DNA of 64,000 bases from Monocercomonoides exilis PA203 (Eukaryota > Protista > Preaxostyla). Below the pieces are notes generated by a model. It did no database searches and had not been told where the DNA came from. It saw only the letters and a list, made by a program, of their open reading frames with translations. Of this stretch, positions 12,925-25,388 are shown piece by piece. Made by a program: the position numbers and the translations under genes. The DNA lies in contig LSRY02000001.1 of NCBI GenBank assembly GCA_001643675.2, forward strand, positions 2,294,001 through 2,358,000, in the 5' to 3' direction. How positions within the stretch are numbered: position 1 is the first letter of the stretch; each line of letters opens with the position of its first letter.

Positions 12925-13112
12925 GAAGAGAGAAAAAGAGAGAAAGAGAAAGAGAGAGAGAAAGAGAAAAAGAGAGAAAGAGAAAGAGAGAGAGAAAGAG
13001 AAAGAGAAAGAGAAAGAGAAAGAGAAAGAGAAAGAGAAAGAGAATGAATGAATGAATGAATGGAGAGAGAGAGAGAGATAGATAGAGATAGAGAGAAAGA
13101 GAGAGAGAGAGA
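12925..13112. repeat. Compound microsatellite (AAAGAG)n-(AATG)n-(GA/GATA)n
   Basis: Directly visible purine-rich tandem runs. Confidence 0.9.
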
Positions 13113-13329
13113 AGATGAAGGGAAAAGAAAAGGGCAGATTCTTGATGGAATCGATGCATTTGAGGTTTTTGAAACTGATTTGCGAGAGTGGGAATTGGAT
13201 CTAACTGAATTATCTGGTGACGATGACTATAATCGTTGTCCGCGTGATACAGAGTGCTTTCCAAAAATGAACAATTCTACCAAATTGAATCTTCATAATA
13301 TCTTTTCTTTCCTTCTCGTCTTTTGATGA

Positions 13330-15250
13330 CTCATATTCATACCAACGGTTTGAAGCTACTCTTCTGAAAACTTCGCTCAGAGTTAATTCTTCTTCTTCTT
13401 CTTTTTCTTATTTCTGTTTTTCCACTTAACATTTTGGAATCTTGTATGAATCTATCCCCAGGATGTATTCAGTCGAACAACTTTCAGCCAAAAAATACTC
13501 TGATGATTCTGAATGTCCCAAGCTTTCTCATATATTCTCTCTTTATCCTCTTTCATTCTTTTTTTCTCCCTCCCTCTCTGCTCTCCTCCACTGCTCTTCT
13601 GAAGAAGGCTCCATCGTCACCATTTCAAATGCCTTCGGATCCTTTTTCACCGTGTCATTCACTATCTCTCTCAGATTTTCTGCTTCATTCTTTTCCTTTC
13701 TCCATCGAACAATAAATATCACCGAAATTATCAGAACAATCAATAAAACCACAACAAGCTCAATAACAATAATCGTCCAGAATGATTTTCCTTCTTTTCC
13801 TCCTTCAGCAACAATATCATCTCCTGCAGCTTGTATCTTGCTTTTGTTCTTCAGAATAAATGAATTTGTCGAAGAAAGAGCATTTTAATTTCCAAGGAGC
13901 AGGCACACAGTCACATCTGCCTCCGCTAACGCCTCTCGAAAAATGCTCCCTTGCATTATCTCAAAGGACTCTTTTTCCTAGACAATCCCTTTCGCATCGA
14001 ACTCCAACAGATTCAGCAAAACCTCTGTTTCGATGGTTGTTTACAGCCGGAATGACAAATTGCAGGATAAAAAACTCCAACAAGAATGTGATTGTGAACT
14101 CGCTCTTTGTTTCCTTTTTCACCTCTTAGGCAGAATGGAGTGTTTGGATAAAGAAGAGAGATTGCCTCTGGCGGGGGATGCAGGCAAGCGTGTATTTGCT
14201 GTCCAGCATCCCCATGGAGGTGTTGTCTTTCGCATTGTCTTCCTCTTTCAAACTCTCTTCGATCAGCGACGCCCCATCGGAGTAGGCGATGTTCCTGCGG
14301 GATGACGGATAGCTGCTGACCGAAAGGCTGCTACGGGTAGAGGGGCCTTTGCCCACAAACTTTGCATCGTCGATGCGGACAGCACCTCCAGAGACAGACA
14401 ACGCTCATCTGATGCGTTTGCCACGGTGAGATCACTGATAGCTGCTATTGAGTTGTACAAATGAAAGAGGAGATGCTGTCTCAGCTGTCACCGTTTATAT
14501 TGCTGAGCATTCAATGTGAGCTTTCTCAATAAATCACGCGATAAACGAGAGTTAGGGTGCATTCCTTACACTCACATAACTTCCTTGAAATGTCTGTTCA
14601 TCAATTTCGTTGCTAGAGGATAAGGGACATTGCGAGCAGATGCAATTGTTCGGGGAAATATACTCAGATGGAGAAGACACAAAAAGTACAGACGAGCCGA
14701 AGGATGCGCTGGCACCTGTGTTTGTTCAGTTGGGAAAGATGAACCGGAAAAGGCAAAATATACTTCGGCTGTGGAGGGGAGGCAGAGGATTCCTCCCTGC
14801 GAAAACACCAGATGCTCTATTCCTACGCTGTGCTCCAAGGAGCTCCCGCACCGGCGAAACTCGAAGACGCTGACTGACATCTGGAGGTGCTGAAAGTTTA
14901 TTTCTGCGAAGGAGATGCTGTCGACAGCGGAGAGAAGGAAACACGGGAGAGCGAACGCGAGGTGGTGACGTAGCAGTTATCGACAATCAAGTGGCCATTC
15001 TCGATGGCTAGCAAAGATTAGTTGAGGAATGCTGGATGTTCAGCTTGCTCTGTGGTTGACAAAATGGTAGAGGAAGCAAAATGAACAAAGAAGAGATAAA
15101 TGCGGCCATCGGTGTGGCACACAACGGCACTGCCCGTGTGCGAAAAAGATTGGTAGAAGAGGAAGTCGAGACGCCCAATCCTGACATTTGCAGACGTTGC
15201 AAAGATAACAGGGCAGCGCTGAATGGAGGCTTCGTTTGCATTATTGGGTA
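13330..15250 (-). pseudogene. Decayed, truncated paralog of the 33518-41302 receptor-like gene
   Basis: Fragments YPSSRRNIAYSDGASL...SLFFIQTL, a TM segment, RWRKEKNEAENLREIVNDTVKKDPK..EMVTMEPSSEEQWRRAERE and LGHSESSEY match the intact protein. Many stops and frameshifts; kinase part absent. Confidence 0.85.
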
Positions 15251-15675
15251 TATTGCAACAAAATAGTTAATTTAAATAAATCCAAAATTAATTTGACATA
15301 AAAGAACAAACAAATCACAAACCATCAATTTTGATAATTTTTTATTTTTTTGAACTTGAACAAGTTGTATTAGCTTCTATGAAACATTGATGTTCATAAT
15401 GAGCAATGAAAAATTCCCATTTTAAACAATGCAAGAATTCTTATTATCGATAAAACATTCTCAATAAACAATCGAAACATACTATGAAAATTTCATGAAT
15501 CAACAATTGCAAAACAGTTTAATCAAGAAAAACCCTTTTTCATTGAATAACAAAAATATTAATTTTGATCAAAATAAAGGATATATTATTTTTTGTTTCA
15601 TATTGTTTTTTCTCACAAAGAAGTTTGCAATGAACCAACAAACACTATGGCAAAAGTAACCTTTTTTCATTTGAA

Positions 15676-15755
15676 TTATGGAAACGGAATGATAAAAGAA
15701 TAACTTCCATGGGTCAGATTTTTGATCTGATGTCACTTTTCAAAAAAATTTAGCC
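15676..15755 (-). mobile_element. Partial MITE family C copy
   Basis: ATGGAAACGGAATGAT...ATTTTTGATCT...ACTTTTCAAAAAAATTTAGCC|ATAT is the reverse of the 7338 copy. Confidence 0.4.
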
Positions 15756-16519
15756 ATATATCACATTTTTTATCATAATGTGTGATTTTTTCATTGAAAA
15801 ATCGATTTTTTAATCAAAAATTTCAATTTTTCGCTTTTTCAAAAATATGCTTAAATCAGTTAAAATTATGTGTATTAATAATCAAAATTGTCCAAGCAAG
15901 TGAAAAAAGTGTATTTGTGTAGAATTTCCATAAATAAAAAATCGACCCAAGGTTAATTATTTCAAAAATTGATTTTTATTTTTTTCTGTGTGAAGCGGCA
16001 TCGTGTATAATCACAATCTGATATAGTCACAAACAGTTGTGCAAAAACCGATGTGATTATATCCGGTTTTGACTGAACTTATCATCATACTATATCGAAT
16101 TTATTTTGATTTTTTGTTGAATTTTTTATTGTCATTGAATATTCTATTATTATTTTTTTTTATTTAATATAGATTTTATCATTTAAAAAAGATATGTTTT
16201 TTCAAATAAGAAATAATAATCATTCTTTTCTGCTTTTTCAACATAAACAAAAAATATTTGGCTGATGGCAAGACTGATTCCGTCATGTTTCTCTCTTGAT
16301 AATTAATAATAGAGTAACTTGAAGGACTTGGTCTCAGAATTAGTTAACCAAGAAAATAAATGTTAACGATAATTAAATATTGAACAAAAATTTTTCCAAA
16401 AAATTAAACAGTGTTATATTTTGTTTCGTTTTGAAATTAAAGTCAAAATAACGGATGTGATGAAATTTGGTAACTGAAAACTTTGTCCCCTATTTTGAAT
16501 TGGATTATTGGTGGCATAG

Positions 16520-16785
16520 GGGAAAATACGGACTTTCAAGCTTTTTATACACAAAGCATGAAAAAACTGTTTCACTTACAACATTTTTGAACTTAGCCAG
16601 ATTTCAAAATCAATTTGATTTACATATCTTTAAACACTCATCATTGAAATCAAAACATGAAGAATTGTGACGATTCACGAATGTCAAAAAAAAGAACCAT
16701 TTTTGTAATATTTTTTTATCTCAAAAAGTTAATGAAAAGTGCATCATTCTTCAATGAAAATGCCTGAAGTGAAATATTTTGCCCC
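16520..16785 (+). mobile_element. MITE family B copy
   Basis: GGGAAAATACGGACTTTCAAGC...ATGCCTGAAGTGAAATATTTTGCCCC. Flanks ATAG/ATAT. Confidence 0.8.
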
Positions 16786-17047
16786 ATATGTTAACGGTTA
16801 ATTTTCAGGGAAAATAAAACTATTCATTACATGCTCAATTTTGACAATAGACTCTCCAACTTTCATAATTTTCTAATCAAAATATATTGGGAACGTGTGT
16901 AATTCTTTTTGAAGTTGTAACACCAAAAACAATACAATATCAAAAAACTTTTTTTGTTAAATTTTTATTATTAAGAATAAATTTTGATAAAATGCAATGT
17001 TAAAAAATTATTTATGAGTTAGGTTAATACAGCTTGTGCAAAAAATA

Positions 17048-17404
17048 CCTGACATCGCAAAAAATACCGGACAAGATCAATATCTCAATTACCGCAAGAG
17101 TAATAATTCTGACTATTTTCCTCAAAACACATCTCATTAATACAGACTCAACTGATAAACGAGACTTTCAAAATAGCTTCATTTATGCTCAGAAATATCA
17201 ATTTTTGAAATTTCTGAGTAATAGGATTTTGAGTTTCTCCGAAATATTAAAAAAAGTATTCTGAACATAAATGAAGCTATTTTGAAAGTATTGCATATCA
17301 ATTGAGTTCGTTTTGATGAGATATATTTTGAGGAAAAATAATAGAGTTATTCCTCTTGCAGTTATTGAGATATCGATCTTGTCCGGTATTTTATGCGATA
17401 TCTG
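17048..17404. mobile_element. Short element with ~145-bp imperfect inverted arms (foldback/MITE)
   Basis: 17051-17195 (GACATCGCAAAAAATACCGGACAAGATC...) is the diverged reverse complement of 17259-17402. TA lies just outside both ends. Confidence 0.7.
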
Positions 17405-17439
17405 TATGAATAATTTGATCAAAACACCCCTATCAATAT

Positions 17440-17696
17440 GGGTGATTATTTATGAAATCATATATTTTTTGGGGGTGTTGATTTTTTAAAAATTGTTGAT
17501 TATTCGAAAGTGATTATTAATTCAAAAGATAGGAAGCATGATAATTGTTTTTAAAAACAATTATTTTGACCGAATCAAAAATTATAATGTCTTCTATAAG
17601 CCTTTTCACTTTTCGTCGTTCATATGTTAATATTCAAGGTAAATTTTTGGACTGAAAATTATTTTTGAAAAAATACGTTTTTAAAAATAATCGCCC
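17440..17696. mobile_element. MITE family A copy
   Basis: GGGTGATTATTT...AAATAATCGCCC, TSD ATAT/ATAT, 257 bp. Confidence 0.85.
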
Positions 17697-17984
17697 ATAT
17701 CTGTTCACTCTTTCGAAAATTTACTGGAATTATTATACACACTTGACAATATCATCGTTTCCATTTCAGAGAATTAAAGAAAGATTGAACAAAAGTTGGA
17801 TAAAAATAATCTATAATTATGAAAAGTCGAAAATCAAACATTTTCGACTTTTCAATCAGAATATAATAGATGATTGTTTTTCAAACATTGATCAAGCATG
17901 CAACTGTTTGTGTTTATTTTTTTCAAAAAAGCAAAAATCAGTTACAAAATTTCCATGAATTGTTTTTAATTTATTGAACTAAAT

Positions 17985-18224
17985 GGGTGATTATTTTTGA
18001 AAGCATATTTTTTCTTTCAAAATTTTCGGTTCAGAAATTTCATTTGAATATTAACCAATGAACAATGAAAAGTGAAAAGGATTATAGAAGACATTTTTAT
18101 CTTTGATTCGGTTATAAAACTTGTTTTTGAAACAGTTGTGATAATTTTATCATCTGTACACAAAAACATATCCCATTGACAAACAATCTTTTAAAAAAAG
18201 TTATGATTTAAGAAATTATCACAC
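17985..18224. mobile_element. MITE family A copy
   Basis: GGGTGATTATTTTTG...AAATTATCACAC, TSD AAAT/AAAT. Confidence 0.75.
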
Positions 18225-18779
18225 AAATTTGAGAGAAATGTTGAAAAACTTTCTTTGATATAAAAAACAAAAAATAATATATGTTTGGTATTTTGAATCT
18301 GAATCGCTAAAACCATAAAACAATCTTCATTTCTCGTTTCTCATCTCCACATAATTTTCATATTTTTTTTAAAAATATAAATTTCTTTGCACGTATATTT
18401 TCAGAAATGTCCATTTAATTCCTTCCATTTCATTTGAGAGCGCAATCAATGGTTCATCGCTACGATCGGATCAATGTTGCAATCGTTGCAGTTCTCGAAA
18501 TTTCCTGGACTTACGCCTTCGACAGAAGCAGTTGAAAGGCCAGGCGGTGAGCAAAGCCAGATGAACGTCCAATCGCAGCATCAGATCCTAACTCCGCAGT
18601 TTATGAACCATTCTGCAGTATCTTCAACACAGCCTTCAGATAGAGATAGAGCAGAGATGGAGCCGAGCGAACAAGCGAAAAGCACAGAAGAGCCTTCATG
18701 GATTTGTTGGAGGATAAGACGAGGACCTGAATAGAGGAGAAGATAAATTAGGAAGATGTCAAACACAGGAACAACGTAT

Positions 18780-20290
18780 TCTTGATCGAAAAGAAGAAAG
18801 AACATGGAGACAGATCCTGGACTGTCGTCGTTTGAATGCAGCGGTTCACAGAACGCATTTCAAATGCGACAACGAGAGAACAGTGGAGAGAATATTTCTG
18901 AAAAAAGATTGGGTAGTGACGATAGACCTTCATCAGGCGTGTTATCTTCTCCCAGTTTCAGAGAACCTCAAACCATATCTTGCTTTCAGATTTCTCGGAA
19001 AAGATAACGTATTCAAATGATCACCTTTCGGATTCGTTGATGCACTCAGAATATTCACACATGCAATGAGGAAAGTGACGAAGGAATGAAGAAGAAGATG
19101 GCATGTGAGGCTTGTTGCGTATTTGGACAACCTGCTAATATTACATCAAGATCAAATGCATTTTTGAAGAATTGCGGAGGGGATTGTGCAGTTTTTTTGA
19201 GTCGCTTTGGCTGCTAGTGAACAAGGAAAAAAGCCACATATCTGCCAGCAGTGAGTTTATTTACCTCGGATACAGATGGAACTCGGAAATGATGGAGGTT
19301 TAGTTGACGGAAGGCAGAAGACTTGTGTTGATGAAAGAAGTTGACAAATGGAAAGTGAAAGCAGTGAAAGTCAAGAAGGTGAAAATAAGATATTTCGCTT
19401 TTCTCATTGGAAAACTCAGTGCTATCCGTTTCTTTCAGTTAGACTCTTCTCTATGGTTGCATTTTCTGTATCGCCTCTCACAAACAGGCTTAGAGTTGAA
19501 AGGATGGAGCGGACAGATGAGAATCAACCCATCCATAATACAGCAGATTCTGCAATGGAGTGAGATATTGAAATTACACACTAAACGCAAGCTGATAACA
19601 GTGTTTGTCCACCAGGCAATGATTATAACAGATGCATCGGAGGCAGCGTGTTGGTGCAATGCTATATATCAACAATCAACTGTTAGACGCACATAATCGG
19701 TTTCCACATCAACTTGCGAAACAGTCATCGAATTACAGGGAGTAAATGGCGGTGTGGTTAGCTCTCAACTATTTTGTCCCTGTGTCCCAGAGGAAATGAA
19801 TCAGTCAACTGCATCTGAGATCGGACAACACAGCGGTTTTCTACAATATAAACAAATGGAATCCAGGTTAGAATTTGAGACCCGTTCTGAGTAAGATTTG
19901 GAGATGTGAGGATTAACGCAAATAAAGATGAGAGCCACACACATCTCAGGCATCAAGAACACAAGGGCAGACGCCCTATCAAGGCAAGAGAAAGCAGGGG
20001 ATTTCGAAGTGCGAGTAGAAGAGCTGATGGAGATTCTGAAGATAGCACAGAGGACACCTTAACTGGATGCATTTGCAGCATGTCACAATCACAAGTTGGA
20101 GAGATGATGTGGAATCAACAGTCCGATTGCAGAGGATGATTTTATGGTTTCATGGAAAGACGAAGTTGAATTGGCTCACCCTCCTGTGCCGCTGATTATT
20201 CCAACGATCCAGAAAGCGAAAAGGGAGAAAGCACAAGTGATCTTACTCCTGCCGAACTGGAGAGGCCAGAACTAGGACACTCTTTTGAGG
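18780..20290 (+). pseudogene. DIRS pol: reverse transcriptase, RNase H, MT-like domain
   Basis: RT: WRQILDCRRLN, TIDLHQACY, PFG, AYLDNLLI. RNase H: ITDAS, SSNYRE, RSDNT, HISGIKNTRADALSR. MT-like: DAFAACHNHK...SW...AHPPVPLI. Confidence 0.9.
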
Positions 20291-20313
20291 TCGATTCCGC
20301 ACAGGAGCTGGGA

Positions 20314-21375
20314 ATGGAAGCTGCAAAAGGAAGTAATACGAAAAGGCCCTTCAATGCAATGGACGAATGCCAGTCTTCCACCAGGACGGTTGAGGATCGT
20401 GTTGTTGAATCCATCCAGCGTGATGGAGAAGAATGGTGGAAACGCGCTTTGGAGCAAAAAGCTTTCTCAACAGATATTCCAGAGGAGTGCAGCAAGGAAA
20501 TAGCGGAGATAACATGGAAAGGATACCTCTTTGGCTTTACACTTTTTGGGAAGCAATGGGAGGAATGTGGCCACAAAGAAATACCAGGCAATATATTCGA
20601 TTGGGCGTCGAATTGCGCAAATGTCTTTTTATCGCTGAGAAATGGTGGAATGTCGCTCACGTGCCTGCAGATAACAAGAGCTGCAGTTTCTTTTTATTCC
20701 AGTCTCGTTTTCAATACGTGCTTAGGTGATATCCCACTCATTAAGATGCTATTCAGAGCGTTCAGAAGAACAAACAGATCAAAGAAAAAAGAAAACAGGG
20801 AAATTTGGAACCAACAGACGTTGCTGAAGTATTTTGCAGATCATGGACCGAATGAGACCCTAAGCTTTAAGCAATTAACAATAAAGGTGATTGTATAAAC
20901 TATGTTATTTTCTGCTTGAAGATTTACAGAGCTTGAGAGAATAGGCATGAAAAATTCAAGGTTTAAAGAAGAAGTAATGTATCTTGATACTAGACTGAAG
21001 ACTTCAAAGACACGCACGGAGATAGCCGTTCCTTATTTATCAGAGTTGCCGATGTTTTATCCTGCTTTCGTAATAAAGACCTTGTGGGAGAGAGTTAAAC
21101 AAGTCAACCACAGCACAAACAGTTTGTTCCTTAATGTAAACACCTTTGCACCATTGACATCAGGAGGAATTCGCAAACTTTCCAATGAAGTTCTGATCAA
21201 CGCTGGGAAACCAGACACATTCACAATGTACTCAATCAAGACAGCTTCGATTTCGGACTTATCGATAGCAGACATTCTTCCAGTTCAAATTGCATTGTTG
21301 GCTCCCTCTTTTCCATATACAAATACATTGACAATACATTTCTGTGAGATACAATTTGCACAACAGACAAGTTGA
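20314..21375 (+). pseudogene. DIRS tyrosine recombinase
   Basis: LSFKQLTIK...MLFSA*RFTEL (catalytic R box), LKTSK, SLFL, FTMYSIKTASIS (HSxR-like box). In-frame stops between the two ORFs. Confidence 0.85.
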
Positions 21376-22450
21376 ACAAAATGACAATCTATAATTAATT
21401 AATTCTCTTATTCAAGTCACATTAAAATTATTGTTAATTGGCGAATGTTGTTCTATCAAGATCCATTTGCATTTTGATCAAAATTAAAAATAATGGATGA
21501 GATCATAAACTTTGTTTTTTCTCATAATTCTTTATGAAATTCTCCAACATTGTTGTTCTTCATTGTTTGCATATTAATAGTTAATATTTATTTATGTAGA
21601 TTATGATTAAACACAAAATTCTTCTTATTAGTGTCTGAATCGCGAATGCTTTGAAAATAACTTTCACTTGGGTTCTGTGCTGGTGAAGAAAACAATCGAC
21701 ATCATGAAAGCGTTCAAATAATCATTGTATTGCTAGATTGTGCTAACCAGATTATGTAAATATTTGTTGTTATCATTTTTTATTGTTTCTGCAATATTTT
21801 TTAAACAAAGCATTACACTCTAAATGAATGGAAACAGAAAATGGATGGAATGAAGCCCTTTATAGAAAAAATGGACAATGATGGATTGAAAACTCTTTTC
21901 ACAGCATAAATATCAATATAATTGACAGAATGATTGAAGAATTGAAATTGTCTTTAAATATGTGCAATTTTAATGATAAGGAATGTTAAATATTGGGAAG
22001 AGTTGAAAAGTGGATGAGTGAATAGGCTCGAAGAATATTTATTGAAAAGAAGAATTGAAAAGATGATGATTGATGAAATTGAGAATAAGAAATATGAAAA
22101 TGATGAAAAGACACTAACTGTACATGGCAAATGATGTTTTTTCACATTGCATAATTGTCTTCTCAATTTGGAGAGATATCGAAAGGATAAATCTCTAAAA
22201 GAAGCAAAAAAAGGAACCTTTGGTTTTGAGTTGCATTGGCCAATAGGATGTGTTGTTTTTTTAAATATAGTTAATCGTTTTGTTATTATTTTTGTTTTTT
22301 TGATAGTTCAATGGAAAATGAAAAGAATATAAGGTTTCAGATAATCTTTGAATAGTTTGAGAAGTCTCATAAGCAAATGATCAGAAGAGCAAACAAGCCG
22401 AAGTAATAAACATTCAAGGCAAATAATCAGAAATGAAGCTCAAGGTGTGA
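21363..22450 (+). repeat. Left arm of 1088-bp near-perfect inverted duplication
   Basis: Reverse complement of 25389-26476. Identical mirrored ORFs in the track; only a few substitutions seen, near the outer end. Confidence 0.95.
21780..22200 (+). pseudogene. Very degraded 5' part of an AYQSAW-family gene (mirror copy at 25639-26059, minus strand)
   Basis: KQKMDGMKPFIEKMDNDGLKTLF and LLKRRIEKMMIDEIENKKYENDEKTL resemble exon 2 of 50614-52006. Confidence 0.6.
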
Positions 22451-22574
22451 ATGACAACAAAAGCAAAGTGAAAGAAAAATGGTGAAGCTATAATGGATTG
22501 AAAACTTTATTGGATAAATCTCAAAATTAAAAAAAAGTCATAATAAATTGTGGTTGTGTAATTAATAGATAAAT

Positions 22575-22842
22575 GGGGAAAAATACGGACTTTCAAGCTT
22601 ATTATGCACAAAGCTTGAAAAAATTGTTTCTCTCATAACATTATTTCGATTTCTCAGATTTCAAAATAAATTTGATTTTCATATTTGTCAACAGGCATCA
22701 TTGAAATCATAACATGAAGTTTTGTGGCATTTGACGAATGTCAAAAAATGGACACATTTTTATTGTGTTTTTTGGAATCAAAAAGTCAACGAAAAGTACA
22801 TAATTCTACAATAAAAATGCCTGAAGTGAAATATTTTTCCCC
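22575..22842 (+). mobile_element. MITE family B copy
   Basis: GGGGAAAAATACGG...ATATTTTTCCCC, TSD AAAT/AAAT, 268 bp. Confidence 0.9.
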
Positions 22843-23098
22843 AAATAATGTTGTTATCCAAATATTTTTAAGGCAATATTGTGAAATATATTTGTTATTA
22901 ATTTTATTTGTAACTGAGAAATATTTTTCTATTTTTTTATAAACATATTTTTTGGGAATGGTTTTTTATAATTTTGAAAAATGAACTACAATAATTATGA
23001 TATTCATTATTATTTTTTTTTAAAAAGAGAAAATAATCAAAAAAAGATAACGAATTTCTAAAAGGTCATTCTTTAAAAATCAAAATAAACAAAAATGT

Positions 23099-23355
23099 GG
23101 GTGATAATTTATGAAACCACATTTTTACTGTTTAATTATTCAGTACAAAAATTTACTTTGTGTTAAAATAAGTGATCACTGAAGAGTGAAAAGACTCAAT
23201 AGGGATATTTTAATATTTATTTCAGCTGATTCACTTAATCATAAAACAGATGTGATAAATTGTGCATTTGAATTTTAAAAGCTCTCCCCAATGATAAGCA
23301 AAATTTGAAAAATCTGTAACATGAAAAAAGTTATGATTTGAAAAAATAATCACCC
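23099..23355. mobile_element. MITE family A copy
   Basis: GGGTGATAATTT...AAATAATCACCC, TSD ATGT/ATGT, 257 bp. Abuts the 3' end of a Merlin transposase relic. Confidence 0.85.
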
Positions 23356-23359
23356 ATGT

Positions 23360-24274
23360 GTAAGAAATTTATGAATGAATTAGACAGGCTTCTAATAAAT
23401 GTGAAAACATTAAAATTATATTGTATAAATAATTGTCTAACTCCAAATGGAAAAATATATTCTCTGAGAAGTTCCAAAGCGTTTTCTATTCTATGTGTGT
23501 GAGCCTTTGAAATAGGATGCACAAATCTTTTTAATGATTAACAGTTTAATGCGTGTATCCAGCTCCATTCAAATTATTATATCCCCTCCAACAATCCGTG
23601 TTTATTTTGGTTTTTTCCTTCACATAACTTTTGATCGTTTGATGCAGTATTTCTCTTGATCTTGTCAAAACAGGAATTTTAAAAAGATTGGATAAATGGC
23701 CCTTTTTTTAAGGACGTTCAATTCCTCCAATGATCCAATTTTGCTTTTTTGGTCTTCCTCTATTGCATTTTCTTTTTAGAAATATAGCTTCATCATTTTC
23801 CGCTTCAGTTCATTTTCCTCCAATAATTCGCGGATGATCCATGTGAAATTTTGATATGCACTTTCGGAAAGAATCATAAGCATGCATCATAAAAATGTTT
23901 GATTTTCCACAAATGAAGCTGCAATGTGTCTGAGAAATGCCGACCCAAAAACATAGAGCCATCAAACAGATATTACAAATATTGAATCTGAATTTGTCTA
24001 ATTTAGTATTTTTTAAAATTTTGACTTGTTTATGTTTGCAACGAAAGCGACTTGTTTCACTTTCATATACGAAGATTTTCATATTCATTTAGCACTTCCA
24101 ACAATAGTGGTCTTTTTTCAAGATCCAATGATCCGAAAGCCAATCAATTGTTTCTTTTTCTGATCTGAATATTTGAAACAAATTTTGAAACTGCTAATGA
24201 TTTTCTGCTTTGGTTGGCATAATATTTCTAACGGAGTGTTTAAAATAGATTTATCGAATAATTCTTGTTTTCAT
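23360..24274 (-). pseudogene. Merlin (IS1595/ISXO2-like) transposase relic
   Basis: Zn-ribbon HYCWKC...FRCKH; IIGGK*TEAENDEAIFLKRKCNRGRPKKQNWIIGGIER; TDCWRGYNNLNGAGYTH*TVNH; HTHRIEN. Stops and frameshifts present. Confidence 0.9.
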
Positions 24275-24312
24275 CTTTATATTTGAAAAAAGAAAAATTA
24301 AAAGATAAATAT

Positions 24313-24551
24313 GTCTAAATTTTTTTGGAATGTTCCTTTTGTTTTATTTTCAATAAAATAAAAATTTCATATTTCGATCAAATTTCTGTTTTCACTCACT
24401 AGATTTCATGTGAATGAATATAATATCATAATCAAGATTTTATTTTCAAAACAGCAAAATTTGGTCAATGTGAACAGAAATATGAGAGAAATATAAAATT
24501 TTTATTCTATTTGAAAATTTTACAAAAGGAACATTCCAAAAAAATTTAGAC
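24313..24551. mobile_element. MITE family C copy
   Basis: Perfect ~29-bp TIR GTCTAAATTTTTTTGGAATGTTCCTTTTG, TSD ATAT/ATAT. Confidence 0.9.
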
Positions 24552-24623
24552 ATATGAAAAGTGAAATCAACAAATAAAAAGCAAATACAAACTCAAAATA
24601 AAAAAATTTAAAAATTATCATAT

Positions 24624-24879
24624 AAGTGATTATTTTTCAAAATATATTTTTCCTTCAATATTTTCGATTCGAAAATTACTTTTGAATATTAATAAATGTA
24701 CGCAAAAAAAGTGAAATTGTATGTTAAAGACATCTTCTTTTTTATTTAAGCTCTTTCATTTGTTTTTAAAACAGTCGTGATGGATTCAGCACTTGAATTC
24801 ATAATCTCTTCCCAATGGTTAACAACCCTTGAAAATACAATATCCCGAAAAAAAGCTATGATTACAAAAATAATCACCC
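24624..24879. mobile_element. MITE family A copy
   Basis: AAGTGATTATTTTTC (degenerate end)...AAATAATCACCC, TSD ATAT/ATAT. Confidence 0.8.
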
Positions 24880-25388
24880 ATATTTGTTCTCTTTGGGTAA
24901 AGTATTTTTCATTCAATCATTCTCATTAAATAAATTTTGCATTTTTGATGAACTTTCTGTGAACAAAAAAAGTTAAAAAGTTTGTTTTCTTTTTGGAATA
25001 CGTTTGAGGTCACAAAACATAATATTGCTATATCAATAATACGAGTTTTCGTATTTAAAAATCCACTTTTTTAATAATCTGAGAAAGCGCAATAAAGTTA
25101 AAAGTTAAAAAAATACTAGTTGCTAAGTGCAAAAAATTCTTAACAGCTCGCATTTTACAACACTTCATCAACAAAAATAAAAACATTTTTTGAAATTATC
25201 ATTTATAAAAAAAATCATCAATATTCCTAATATCAGAAAAATCCAACATGAGATTCAATTGTTGATAATCAAGCAAACAAACAAATAGAAATTAAATAAA
25301 TAATTTTATCGCTCAACTCACAATTGAGCTTCCACTTTCATTAAACATTTTAAGTTCGTTTCATTCTTCACCCTAATTTTGTTTCCAC

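Larger units (their letters stand above)
18420..21375 (+). mobile_element. Decayed DIRS-type (tyrosine recombinase) retrotransposon
   Basis: Ordered relic domains RT - RNase H - methyltransferase-like - tyrosine recombinase, with many stops and frameshifts. Terminal repeats not identified. Confidence 0.9.

Noticed and set aside
15698-15962. Possible TIR pair GGGTCAGATTTTT / AAAAATCGACCC
   Set aside because: Degenerate, no TSD, and overlaps a partial family C copy.
18780-19300. Reverse transcriptase near variable surface genes (DGR/retron idea)
   Set aside because: The RT is part of a DIRS pol with RNase H and recombinase; no template/variable repeat pair was seen.
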